A DNA stretch of 39,451 nt from the NCBI RefSeq assembly GCF_001194135.2, contig NC_068986.1, forward strand, positions 68,775,469 to 68,814,919, read 5' to 3'. Origin of the DNA: Octopus bimaculoides. Taxonomy: Eukaryota. A model generated the notes under the pieces. The model did not search any database. It saw only the letters and a program-made list of their open reading frames with translations, and was not told the origin of the DNA. This document shows, in pieces, positions 24,380 to 34,915 of this stretch. Numbering within the stretch: position 1 is the stretch's first letter; each line of letters opens with the position of its first letter. Made by a program: the position numbers and the translations under genes.

Positions 24380-24717
24380 ATTAAAGACCTGTGATATGCA
24401 GGACACTGACTGGGAGAACAATGCCTGTCATCGCCACGGATGGAGGAAGCAGGTTAAGGAGGGGATCGACACTTTCGAGAGAGCACGTATCCAGTATGAA
24501 GAACTCAAGCGAGCTGCGCGAAAGTGCACGGCTCATATAGTGAATGGGGAAAGCTTGGTCTGCAATATTTGCAGTCGTGTATGCTTGTCAAGAGCAGGGC
24601 TCATTAGCCACCAACGGAGCTGCAAATTCAAAATATAAGTTAGTTTTAGAATGCACAATGTTCCTGAAGGTCGGCAATGGTCTTCCTCGGTCACAAGTGG
24701 ACGGCCATCATCATCAT
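24380..24717 (+). mobile_element. 5'-truncated RTE (BovB-like) LINE 3' end with C2H2 zinc finger
   Basis: Open frame SLKTCDMQDTDWENNACHRHGWRKQVKEGIDTFERARIQYEELKRAARK...CNICSRVCLSRAGLISHQRSC* then short 3' UTR ending GGACGGC(CAT)n. Confidence 0.88.
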
Positions 24718-24771
24718 GTAGGTATGTGTGTGTATGTATGTGTGAGTGAGTATGTATGTATGTACATACGT

Positions 24772-25150
24772 AATGTCTGTATGTTTTCTTTCTCTTTTTA
24801 ATTTTCTGTAAATTTTGACTACTCACCTACTTAGTAGGAAGGTCGTGAAGGAAAGTATTTTATTCTAACTTTCATCCTTTAAACCTTAAGAAGGTCTTTC
24901 AGATTTTTATAATCCCAGATACCATGGTCATTTATTGGTAGCATCTGAATTAAGGATTTGCATTCCCTGCTCAAGATCCCAAGTTCAGCCATATTTTACT
25001 CGAAACGGTTTGATATGTATCCTGTGGCTCCAGTAATAATAGGTATGATGCTGAAAGTGTATCTTGGGTATTGGATTTGCAAGCTCCTTATCAATGATCC
25101 ATAGATGTCCTCTTTCTCTTGTATTTTTCTAACCATATTGGTGTCCTGAA
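24772..25150 (-). mobile_element. RLE non-LTR retrotransposon 3' fragment in (CATA)n
   Basis: DTNMVRKIQEKEDIYGSLIRSLQIQYPRYTFSIIPIITGATGYISNRFE*NMAELG...KTFLRF, homologous to 34137-34650; (TATG)n on both flanks. Confidence 0.8.
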
Positions 25151-25491
25151 GGCAGTGTATGTATGTATGGATGGATGGATGTATACCACACAGCCACGTC
25201 TATATATAGGCCAAATTTACTTTATAAAATAACTTATCTCCCTTTACTTAAGTTTAAATTTGCTGTGATCAATATTTATCTGAAATGGTCAATAAAATAA
25301 TATCAGTTGCATAGTGTGATCGTACATATTTATTGCCCCAGATGTAGTGAAGAGCAATTTTAACCTACAAAACATGATGAAAACGCTTGATGAAATATCA
25401 TTCATTCTTATATTGTTATTTTATTCATTTTTAAAAATAAAGCATCTTAAACGCAAATGGAATTTTAATATAAAAATATCCATGGACTTTA

Positions 25492-25547
<56 letters not shown>

Positions 25548-25587
25548 TTTCAAATTTTTCCACAAGGGCAGCAATTTTGGGGAAATG

Positions 25588-25688
25588 GATGAGTTGACTA
25601 AATCGACTCTAGTGTTCAACTGGTGCTTATTTTATCGACCTCAAAGGGATGAAAGGTGAAGTCGACCTCGGCGGAATTTGAACTCAGA
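25588..25688 (-). mobile_element. SINE family B, cut by gap
   Basis: AAATCGACTCTAG...GATGAAAGGTGAAGTCGACCTCGGCGGAATTTGAACTCAGA. Confidence 0.85.
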
Positions 25689-26345
25689 NNNNNNNNNNNN
25701 NNNNNNNNNNNNNNNNNNNNNNNNNNNNNNNNNNNNNNNNNNNNNNNNNNNNNNNNNNNNNNNNNNNNNNNNNNNNNNNNNNNNNNNNNNNNNNNNNNNN
25801 NNNNNNNNNNNNNNNNNNNNNNNNNNNNNNNNNNNNNNNNNNNNNNNNNNNNNNNNNNNNNNNNNNNNNNNNNNNNNNNNNNNNNNNNNNNNNNNNNNNN
25901 NNNNNNNNNNNNNNNNNNNNNNNNNNNNNNNNNNNNNNNNNNNNNNNNNNNNNNNNNNNNNNNNNNNNNNNNNNNNNNNNNNNNNNNNNNNNNNNNNNNN
26001 NNNNNNNNNNNNNNNNNNNNNNNNNNNNNNNNNNNNNNNNNNNNNNNNNNNNNNNNNNNNNNNNNNNNNNNNNNNNNNNNNNNNNNNNNNNNNNNNNNNN
26101 NNNNNNNNNNNNNNNNNNNNNNNNNNNNNNNNNNNNNNNNNNNNNNNNNNNNNNNNNNNNNNNNNNNNNNNNNNNNNNNNNNNNNNNNNNNNNNNNNNNN
26201 NNNNNNNNNNNNNNNNNNNNNNNNNNNNNNNNNNNNNNNNNNNNNNNNNNNNNNNNNNNNNNNNNNNNNNNNNNNNNNNNNNNNNNNNNNNNNNNNNNNN
26301 NNNNNNNNNNNNNNNNNNNNNNNNNNNNNNNNNNNNNNNNNNNNN

Positions 26346-26402
26346 CACCACATGTCCATACCAGCGCAATCGTCTCTCTTGCACGCCACAACTGATGTTT
26401 CT
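26346..26402 (-). mobile_element. RTE LINE fragment continuing into the gap
   Basis: Translates ISCGVQERRLRWYGHVV (RTE RRLRWYGHV motif). Confidence 0.8.
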
Positions 26403-26429
26403 AAATAATAATAATAATAATAATAATAA

Positions 26430-27098
26430 CACATCAAATACAGAATAGACAACACATCAGAAAGTGATAAGTGCAGAATTTGTGTACAAAATGGTGAAAC
26501 CGTATGGCATATTACCAGTCAATGTACGCCACTGATCCAGAAAGAATATAAGAGACGTCATGACAATATAGCAAGGATTGTCCATTGGACACTTTGCAAC
26601 AAGTATGGATTTCACAGAGCAAAAACGTGGTACGAATATAAACCCGAAGGCATCATCGAAAATGATAATGCAAAGATCCTATGAGATTTTATGATTCAGT
26701 GCGACCATGAGATAGAGAATAGGAAACCAGGCAGTGTTAATTGAGAAAGAAAGCAAACGATGCTGGATCATAGATATAGCATGCCCAGCTAACAACAAGG
26801 TATGTAATAAGGAAGAAAGAAAAGTCGAGAGATATGAAAGGTTAGCTTGGGAGGTTAAGCGGTTGTGGTCGCTGAAAAAGGTGGTAGTAGTACCAATAAC
26901 TGTCAGAGCCCTGGGAACAGTGAGTAAAAATCTTGAGAAGTACGTGGAACAAATAGGGGCTACAATAAGTGTGGAGTACTTGCAGAAAACAGCACTGCTT
27001 GGAACCGCTCGAATACTCCCGAAGGTGCTCGAAAAATAAGGAGTGTTACCTTAATTCACTGGTAGTGAACAGCTGATACTGTAGTACATCTCCAGCGT
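26430..27098 (+). mobile_element. 5'-truncated R4/Dong-like RLE LINE (pseudogenised)
   Basis: CCHC knuckle CRICVQNGETVWHITSQC, KRRHDNIARIVHW, W-to-stop at 26682-26684 in IL(W)DF, RKP(D) with frameshift, then IIDIACP..K...KVERYERL...VVPITVRALG..LQKTALLGTARIL; preceded by (TAA)n. Confidence 0.92.
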
Positions 27099-27104
27099 CT
27101 TTTT

Positions 27105-27285
27105 ACTGGAAGCACAACGCCTCACATCTGGGGAAAGGGATTAAGTCGATTACATCAACTCCAGTGCGTAACTGGTACTTATTTAATTGACCTCAAAAAG
27201 ACGAAAGGCAAAGTCGACCTCAATGGAATTTGAACTCAGAACATAGTGACTGGCAAAATGCCGCAAATACTTTTGTCCAGCACGC
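27105..27285 (-). mobile_element. SINE family B
   Basis: AAGTCGATTACATC...GAAAGGCAAAGTCGACCTC...TTGAACTCAGAAC. Confidence 0.85.
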
Positions 27286-27796
27286 GATACAACAACAACA
27301 GCAACAACAATAATAATAATAATAATAATCATTGCAATATTCGTTATCAACAAGCAATAAACTATATCAAAAGTACATTTTTTGGAAATTTCCAGATTCA
27401 GTTTTGTGGTTGGAAGAAAACGAAAAAATTCCTACATTTTACGAGAGAAAATAGTAATTGTGACGTTCATATTATTCTCAGTCTTACACATCTTTTCACC
27501 CCACCCTCACTGCACGTGCGCTCACACACACAAACACACACACACACACATGCTCACGCACACAAAACATCCTGTTTACTAAAAAAAGAAACAAAGCTCC
27601 ATTTCTGGAATTTAGAGGATGATAGTGGTGAAGACTTATTGAAAATTCCTGCCTATTTTTACTCTTCCGTTTATCTATTTTACAAATTGTAATTGCAAAG
27701 CGCATGTTAGCTGATTATTGTCTTCATCTGAAAACTCCAGATTTTCAAAATAGCCATTGTATCATTTGCCAACATAATCAAGTGTATCAATACGTA

Positions 27797-27822
27797 TCTT
27801 ACATATTAAAACTGAAAATGTC

Positions 27823-27863
<41 letters not shown>

Positions 27864-28127
27864 CGGAATGTACACGTTTCGCGCCAAAACGGCTCGACCG
27901 ATTTTTCTTAAACTTCACACGCACATTGCTTATGTGTCTGGGGAGGTTTTAAGTATAAATTGATTTCGAAAAAAATGTTCGGGTAGACGGCGGGAGGAAT
28001 AACATTTGGGCGCGAGTGAACAGTGAGAGTAATGATTTTTAAGCTTCCAAGGGAAATAACCCATTCCCTCCTGGAAATGACCACCAAGGTAAATAACCCA
28101 TTCATTTTTCGTATGCTTATTTCTTAG
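27797..28127 (+). mobile_element. Helitron-like non-autonomous element
   Basis: A|TC start, AAAACTGAAAATGTCTGTGTG microsatellite and ACGGCTCGACCGATTT motif typical of non-autonomous Helitrons; 3' end uncertain. Confidence 0.45.
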
Positions 28128-28471
28128 TATTTGAACTATTTTAGTTATTTTCTCAATTTATCCAATACAACGCTTAAACAAGTAAATAGTATTCCCCTAA
28201 ACAATAGATCCACTTATTTCAGTTAGTGACTTATTCGTGCTGCTGAGGGTAATATTCTCTGGGAACGCACGAAAGCTTTTTTTTCACAGTTAATTACTTT
28301 GAATTGTTATTATCTCATATCTGATTAGCCTGTTATTACGTAACATGCTTCACGATTTTAGTATACATACCTTATTAGTATTTCCTCCTAAAATCTATAT
28401 ACTCTGGGAACGTATTAAAGCCATTTTCGGGGCTACTTTATTTGAATTTTTTAGACACTATCTTTGTTTAC

Positions 28472-28530
28472 CTCATATTTGTTTAATACATTTTCATCAA
28501 TATCTAGGTATTTGTAGCAGCTGTTATATG
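28472..28530 (-). CDS. Candidate 59-nt internal exon of the minus-strand gene
   Basis: Branch-like GCTAAC, then tttttatttcatttgtag|CA TAT AAC...TAT GAG|gtaaac; only one frame is open: YNSCYKYLDIDENVLNKYE; ends in phase 0, matching the exon starting at 21835. Confidence 0.5.
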
Positions 28531-29164
28531 CTACAAATGAAATAAAAAGACCCTTGATACAAAGATTTTTGGGTTAGCAAACTGTTTTTGCATTCAAATA
28601 TCAAATATAAAGATTTTTGTTGCCAAAGTTCAGTCCTACATCAGTTGAAAATATTGCTACTAAATCCAAACATTTTCCAAATTCTAAATATTTAGATCGT
28701 CCATAAAGAAACCGTGGGTTATATTGGTGTCTCTTGCCGCTTTAAATCCTATTATATAACAAGTGACATTTTGTAATTCAAATTGCAGGAGATTCAGTGC
28801 CGAAATACTCGTAAGCACAAACGAAGACAATGTCATTTTGAAATATTTCTTTTGAAACTCACTCTTCAACTTTTATCAACTACAAGTGTATAGATGTAAA
28901 TGTTTTAGAGTTACTTTGCTGAAAGAGAACTAGAATTATGTGGTTGTGTAAAGGAACTGTATGTCTTTATACATACATCCATGTTTTACATAACTGTAGA
29001 TGAAAGCAAAACAATATCCATAGAGCCTCTTTGTGATTACTAGATATGCCAGATAAAGCGGCGAAATCAGCTTCAGAGCTGATTCTACATTCTCATAAAT
29101 TATATAGTTCTGTATTCTCTGCTGCTGCTGCTGAATAATAATAATAATAATAATAATAATTATA

Positions 29165-29570
29165 ATAAAATTCATTTATTAGCCACAAGGGCTTAAATAA
29201 AATTACATTAAAATACATACAACATCATGAAAGACAAAAGGACGATACAATGAGTTTTACAGAGTGTAAACAATATATATAGCGATTAAAAATTGAACAA
29301 TTTACCACTCCCAATAGGGGAGGCGCTTTAAGGACCTCGTGGAAAAACCCAGAAAAGTCACAGGGGCCTTCTCCTTTTGTTTACAGGTGCAGACTCAGAA
29401 TTGGTCCTTTTACATTGGTCATTCTTCCAACAGTCACCTACTTTTCAACAAACTCGCTACAAGGCAACACTTCCTTCTCCACGCTCAACTTCCTTTTCAA
29501 GTGAAACTTGAAAGAGTTGATGAGGGCTTGGCCAAAGAGGAATAATCTCGAATCGAATGTTTAATTATAG
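29165..29570 (-). mobile_element. Tx1/L1-like LINE 3' end
   Basis: FLFGQALINSFKFHLKRKLSVEKEVLPCSEFVEK*(W)VTVGRMTNVKGPILSLHL*, resembling Tx1 ORF2 termini; T-rich 3' UTR, AATAAA, then (ATT)n. Confidence 0.6.
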
Positions 29571-29610
29571 GTCTACTCAGTCAGAGTTAACTTGGGGTTA
29601 AAACAAGACG

Positions 29611-29692
29611 ACGACGGCGACAACAACAACAACAACAGCAACAACAACAACAACAGCAACAACAACAACAACAACAGCAATAACAGCAACAA
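29611..29692. repeat. (GAC)/(CAA)/(CAG) trinucleotide tract
   Basis: Directly visible; follows a GTTAACTTGGGGTTAAAAC motif resembling 38928-38950. Confidence 0.9.
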
Positions 29693-30621
29693 AATTTCAC
29701 CCGAATGTCACTATTCGCTGGAATGTTGCTCATATGATCAGTGAATCTGACCAATTGCCATTTCGCCTGGAAAGAATATTGCCCAAATGATCGACCGGAT
29801 CCGGATCTGGCCAATCATAACCTCACACAGCGACAAATCTCACTTTGGCCTCTTTCTTTCTGACCTTTTCAGTAGGTATAAAAGGACACACACACACACG
29901 ACTAGGACCCAGGACCCAGAGAGCTTTGAGACAGCGCAGAGAGAACCTTGAGTTGTAGCAGACATGGCGAACAGATATAGGCAGCGGTTGAGTCAAGCTA
30001 TTACCATCAAGATGAACCTAGCCTTCAACATAGGAACTTTTCACAGAAACACAATGACTAACAATAACTTCAATTACAACATTTTAACTCTCTCAACATT
30101 GTAATTATACTATTTTTAATAACATTCCAACTATCAACCAGAAATAAAAGTTATTAGTAAAATCAACAAATTTCATCATTTTCTTCTATGTAAAACTGTT
30201 GACCTCCGACGCGAGAAACAACAACCAGCACCTCCAAGACTAGCAGTCAGATACAGCTCCTAGCGTTTAGCAAATTAGCTCAGGTACCAGTGGCATCCCC
30301 ACATATTAACAGCCACAGCTGTGTCAGCAAAAATCACTTTGCAATTTATTTTTTGATCAAAAACATTCTTTTCTCAAGAAGGCACGTGAACTTCATTCAT
30401 TTTTTAAAAGGTAATATCTATCCCCACTTAAACGTAGATGTTCTTTTAGAACAACCTATACTGCTGGAGATACCATAAGAGAAACTCTCATACTGGCTTT
30501 TCATGCAGATGATATCTCTCATGATATCTACCGCAGTATAGTTTGTTCTAACAGAACATCCACATTTAAGTTTGGATAAATATTACCCCTCACTATAAAC
30601 ACTGCCTCTGTCACTAATATA

Positions 30622-31103
30622 TCTATATATATATATAATATTAAGAATGTATGTGTGTGTGTGTGTGTCTGTGTCTGTGTGAATCCCTAAAACTCCAGAA
30701 CTACACAACCAATTTCATTCAAATTTTACACATGCCATACTTAGGTTGTGTTTTAGTCAAAATTTTTTTTTTAATCTTGCATAGTTCGAGCCCTCAGCAA
30801 CATAATATATCCTCCACTATTTAAGTATTATGTGTCAAAAGTGAAACAAAAACACTCATGTCAAATACTTTCACTTTAAAAATGAAACTTTTCCACTATT
30901 TCAGTATCAAAACTGAAACAATCACATTTCGATACTGTAATGACAGATACTTTCACTTTAATGGTTTCATTTCCATACTGAAAGTACAACAGTGAAACTA
31001 TACTCTCACATATATACAGGCATACATATATACATACATACATGCATATATATCTGCACAAATGTATCCATATACATGTATATAGATATACATGTATATA
31101 TAT

Positions 31104-31134
<31 letters not shown>

Positions 31135-32781
31135 CAGAGAGAGAAAGAGAGATGTATATGTATACATGTATACATATACATGTATATGTACGCATATATG
31201 TATAGATATATATATAGATATAGATCTATATGCATACATGTATATGTATATGTATAGATGTACATGTAATATGTACACATATATACACATATATACATTC
31301 ATACAGATATCTAGACATATATACACACACATACACATGCACACAAACACACACATTGCTCATTTGTTTTTTTTTATCCAAAACTACGTCAAAAGTACTG
31401 AATGGATCTTNNNNNNNNNNTTGTGAAATTCAAACAATACATATTAGACCCAAGTTAAAAACATTCCCAACAATTCAACTTCTCTGGTTGACATTAACAC
31501 CCCACCCACAATTGGGGCCTTAACTCCCACATTTTTCAGCCCCAAGAGCTCCATTTTTCAAGAGCAAAATTCTTTTTACAGGGTTCATAACACTAGAATT
31601 TTCGAATATGCGCATAAATGTCACATATATAAAGATGAGAATGTGTGTCTGTGTGAATCCCTAAAACTCCAGAACTACACAACCAATATCATTCCAAATT
31701 AACACATGCCTTACTTAGGGTCCATGTAGTGTCTTAGGCCAAAACAATTTTTAACTTCTTGCATAGTTCGAGCTTACAGCAATATCATATCTCCTCCACT
31801 ATTTCACTATTACGTGTCAAAAGTGAAACAATAACATCACTCTACTGTAATGTCAGATACTTTCACTTTAACACTGAAACTATTCCACTATTTCAGTATT
31901 ACATGTCAAAAGTGAAGCAATAACATGTCGCTACTGTAATTTCAAATACTTTCACTTTAATACTTCCAATTTCATACTGAAACTATTAAAGTGAAACTAT
32001 ACTCTCACATATATACAAGCATACTATAAGACCCAAGTTAAAAACATTCCCAACAATTCANNNNNNNNNNAACCAATATCATTCCAAATTAACACATGCC
32101 TTACTTAGGGTCCATGTAGTGTCTTAGGCCAAAACAATTTTTAACTTCTTGCATAGTTCGAGCTTACAGCAATATCATATCTCCTCCACTATTTCACTAT
32201 TACGTGTCAAAAGTGAAACAATAACATCACTCTACTGTAATGTCAGATACTTTCACTTTAACACTGAAACTATTCCACTATTTCAGTATTACATGTCAAA
32301 AGTGAAGCAATAACATGTCGCTACTGTAATTTCAAATACTTTCACTTTAATACTTCCAATTTCATACTGAAACTATTAAAGTGAAACTATACTCTCACAT
32401 ATATACAAGCATACTATAAGACCCAAGTTAAAAACATTCCCAACAATTCAACTCCTCTGGTTGACATTAACACCCCCACCCCCAATAGGGACCTTCATTC
32501 CCACATTTTATAGCTCCATGAGTTCCATTTCTCAGGAGCAAAATCCTTTCTACAGGTTCCAGAAGACTGAAATTTTGGAATATGCGCATAAAGATCAATA
32601 GTATGGGATACATGTCTCATGATTAGAAATTTTTTAGGGTGTGTAAAGAGGGAAAGAACCCTCATGTGCAATTTTGATGAAATTCGAATCATATGTATTC
32701 CAATTCCCTACAGAAAATATAAGAGAAAAGTCTCATCCTTCAATTGCATGTAACACGGGCAACGCCGGGTATTTCTGCTAG
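30622..32781 (+). mobile_element. Non-autonomous Helitron with internal tandem units
   Basis: A|TCTATATATATATATAAT start; 3' CGGGCAACGCCGGG hairpin then CTGCTAG|T; no target duplication; unit GTGAATCCCTAAAACTCCAGAACTACAC occurs at ~30680 and ~31650. Confidence 0.82.
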
Positions 32782-33132
32782 TATTTTTATAAAGGTTATT
32801 AACTTGTAGGCTACACACTCCATTTCCTACGCAATCGGTAATCTGTGTTTGTGTGTGGTTGGGGGGAGGGGGTCTTTGGTCGTGAATGAACTAGCGAGTC
32901 GGAGTATTGATATATGTGCGTTGGTGTGTATAACTGCGCAGATGGAACTAAATACAAATGTAACAATAATATTGTATTTAGATAAGATTTATACAACTTT
33001 TATCTTTAAATTATCATAAAATAACATTAAAATATTTAAGATTACAGTTCAACTCAAACATTAATATCAAAGAAACAATACAAATGCATGTATGCATGTA
33101 TGTATGTATGCATGTATGTATGTATGTATGTG

Positions 33133-33300
33133 TAGGGCCGGCTCAAAGTACCGGCAACTCAGGCAGTTACCCGGGGCGCCATGTACTATAAGAAGCGTCA
33201 AGGAGCACGTGACAACGACAAGGAAATTTCCACGATCATCAGCTTGTACACGCCGAAGTTCAACTTGCCCGGGGCGCCAGCAACCATAGGGCTGACCTTC
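33133..33300 (+). mobile_element. GC-rich hAT-like MITE in a (TATG)n tract
   Basis: TAGGGCCGGCTC start, degenerate GGGCTGACCTTC end, CCCGGGGCGCC twice; TGTATGTG on both flanks (weak evidence inside a microsatellite). Confidence 0.5.
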
Positions 33301-33309
33301 TGTATGTGT

Positions 33310-33535
33310 GTATGTATAATATGTATGTCTTTTTCTCTTTTAATTTAGAGTAATTTTTGACCGGTCACCGACATGGTAACAAGGTTTATAAGGAAAGTAT
33401 CATGATTTAACTGACATCCTTTAAATTTTAAGGTCTTGCAGATTTTTAGTCTCAGATCTGAATTTGCAAACTTCTTATTAATGATCGATAGATGTCCTCT
33501 TTCTTTTGTATTTTTCTAACCACATTTGTGTTCAG
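33310..33535 (-). mobile_element. Internally deleted copy of the (CATA)n RLE element
   Basis: Shares GATAGATGTCCTCTTTC..TTGTATTTTTCTAACCA and the 3' UTR with 24772-25150. Confidence 0.78.
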
Positions 33536-33569
33536 GGTATGTATGTATGTATGTATGTATGTATGTATG

Positions 33570-33800
33570 TATGTATATATGATAAAAATTGTCATTAACA
33601 CTAATGATTTCTCTTGCCATTATGGATGTAATTTCAAAAGATTAAAAATCCCTTTTGGTTCACTACATTGTTGTTTTTAGATTTTTAAACTGTCTGTGCT
33701 TAGTAATTGCTTGAATAACCTCAGATGATCAAGATTATACATGTACATATATAATCTTGACAGAATTTTGATGAGAATGTTCCACCAATATTCCTTGCGT
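33570..33800 (-). mobile_element. Decayed copy of the (CATA)n RLE element
   Basis: Begins RKEYWWNILIK, matching KKEY*WNVQMK of the copy at 34137; (CATA)n on both sides. Confidence 0.55.
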
Positions 33801-34136
33801 TACGTATGAATATATTATACATACATACATACATACATACATNNNNNNNNNNNNNNNNNNNNNNNNNNNNNNNNNNNNNNNNNNNNNNNNNNNNNNNNNN
33901 NNNNNNNNNNNNNNNNNNNNNNNNNNNNNNNNNNNNNNNNNNNNNNNNNNNNNNNNNNNNNNNNNNNNNNNNNNNNNNNNNNNNNNNNNNNNNNNNNNNN
34001 NNNNNNNNNNNNNNNNNNNNNNNNNNNNNNNNNNNNNNNNNNNNNNNNNNNNNNNNNNNNNNNNNNNNNNNNNNNNNNNNNNNNNNNNNNNNNNNNNNNN
34101 NNNNNNNNNNNNNNNNNNNNNNNNNNNNNNNNNNNN

Positions 34137-34915
34137 ACTACCGATAAGACATGATGCTGTAGCTAGGACACTCTATAATGAAATCCGTCAGAAGGATTAT
34201 CCCGAGGAGAAAGAAATAAGAATCCACAATATGGTAGAAGTCATAGCCACTCATAATAAAAAGGAATATTAGTGGAATGTACAAATGAAGACTTCAATAA
34301 AATGTAAGCACAACAAACCTGACATAATGAGTTGGGATATAAGAAGAGAAACTGTACAGTTGTGGAAATTAGCTGCCCAGCGGATGTTAACATAAAGCTG
34401 AAGATCAGTGAAACAGAGAATACCTATGCTGAACTATTGAGGAATCTGCAGTTACTCTATCCAGATTACAAACTCAAGTAATTATTGTAATTGTTGGGCC
34501 CTGGGATATGTAACACACCGCCTAACCAATCTAGAGAAATTAGGCTTCTCAAAACCAGAAAGGGGAAAGATAATTCGAAGACTGCAGATCCAGTCCATCA
34601 CTGGAACTGTAAAAATCTGTAAAACTTATCTGAAGTTTATCATTTAAATATATATGAGAATGTCTAGATATGCAACTATATGCATGAGAATACATACATA
34701 CGTACGTACGTACATACATACATACATACATACATACATACATACATACATACATACATACATACATACATACATACATACAAACAAACAAAAAAACAAA
34801 GAAAAACACTCTGCTGTTTGATGTTGAAATTTCAGTGAAGGCGCCTTGGATCTAGGTTACAAACCGGTTCTTTCTATTGGTAAGAAATCTTGAAATAGAA
34901 CTCAACAATGACATA
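34137..34915 (+). mobile_element. RLE non-LTR retrotransposon 3' part (pseudogenised)
   Basis: IRHDAVARTLYNEIRQKD...KEY*WN...KHNKPDIMSWD, frameshift, CTVVEISCPADVNIKLKISETENTYAELLRNLQLLYPDYK...LGFSKPERGKIIRRLQIQSITGTVKICKTYLKF*; RHD, PD and E-x-x-C-P are RLE hallmarks; putative 3' UTR ends ACAATGACATAC. Confidence 0.88.

Noticed and set aside
25616-26455. Long 235-356 aa ORFs here and at 35995-37065, 15437-15934 and 33806-34147
   Set aside because: They are open only because they run through N gaps.
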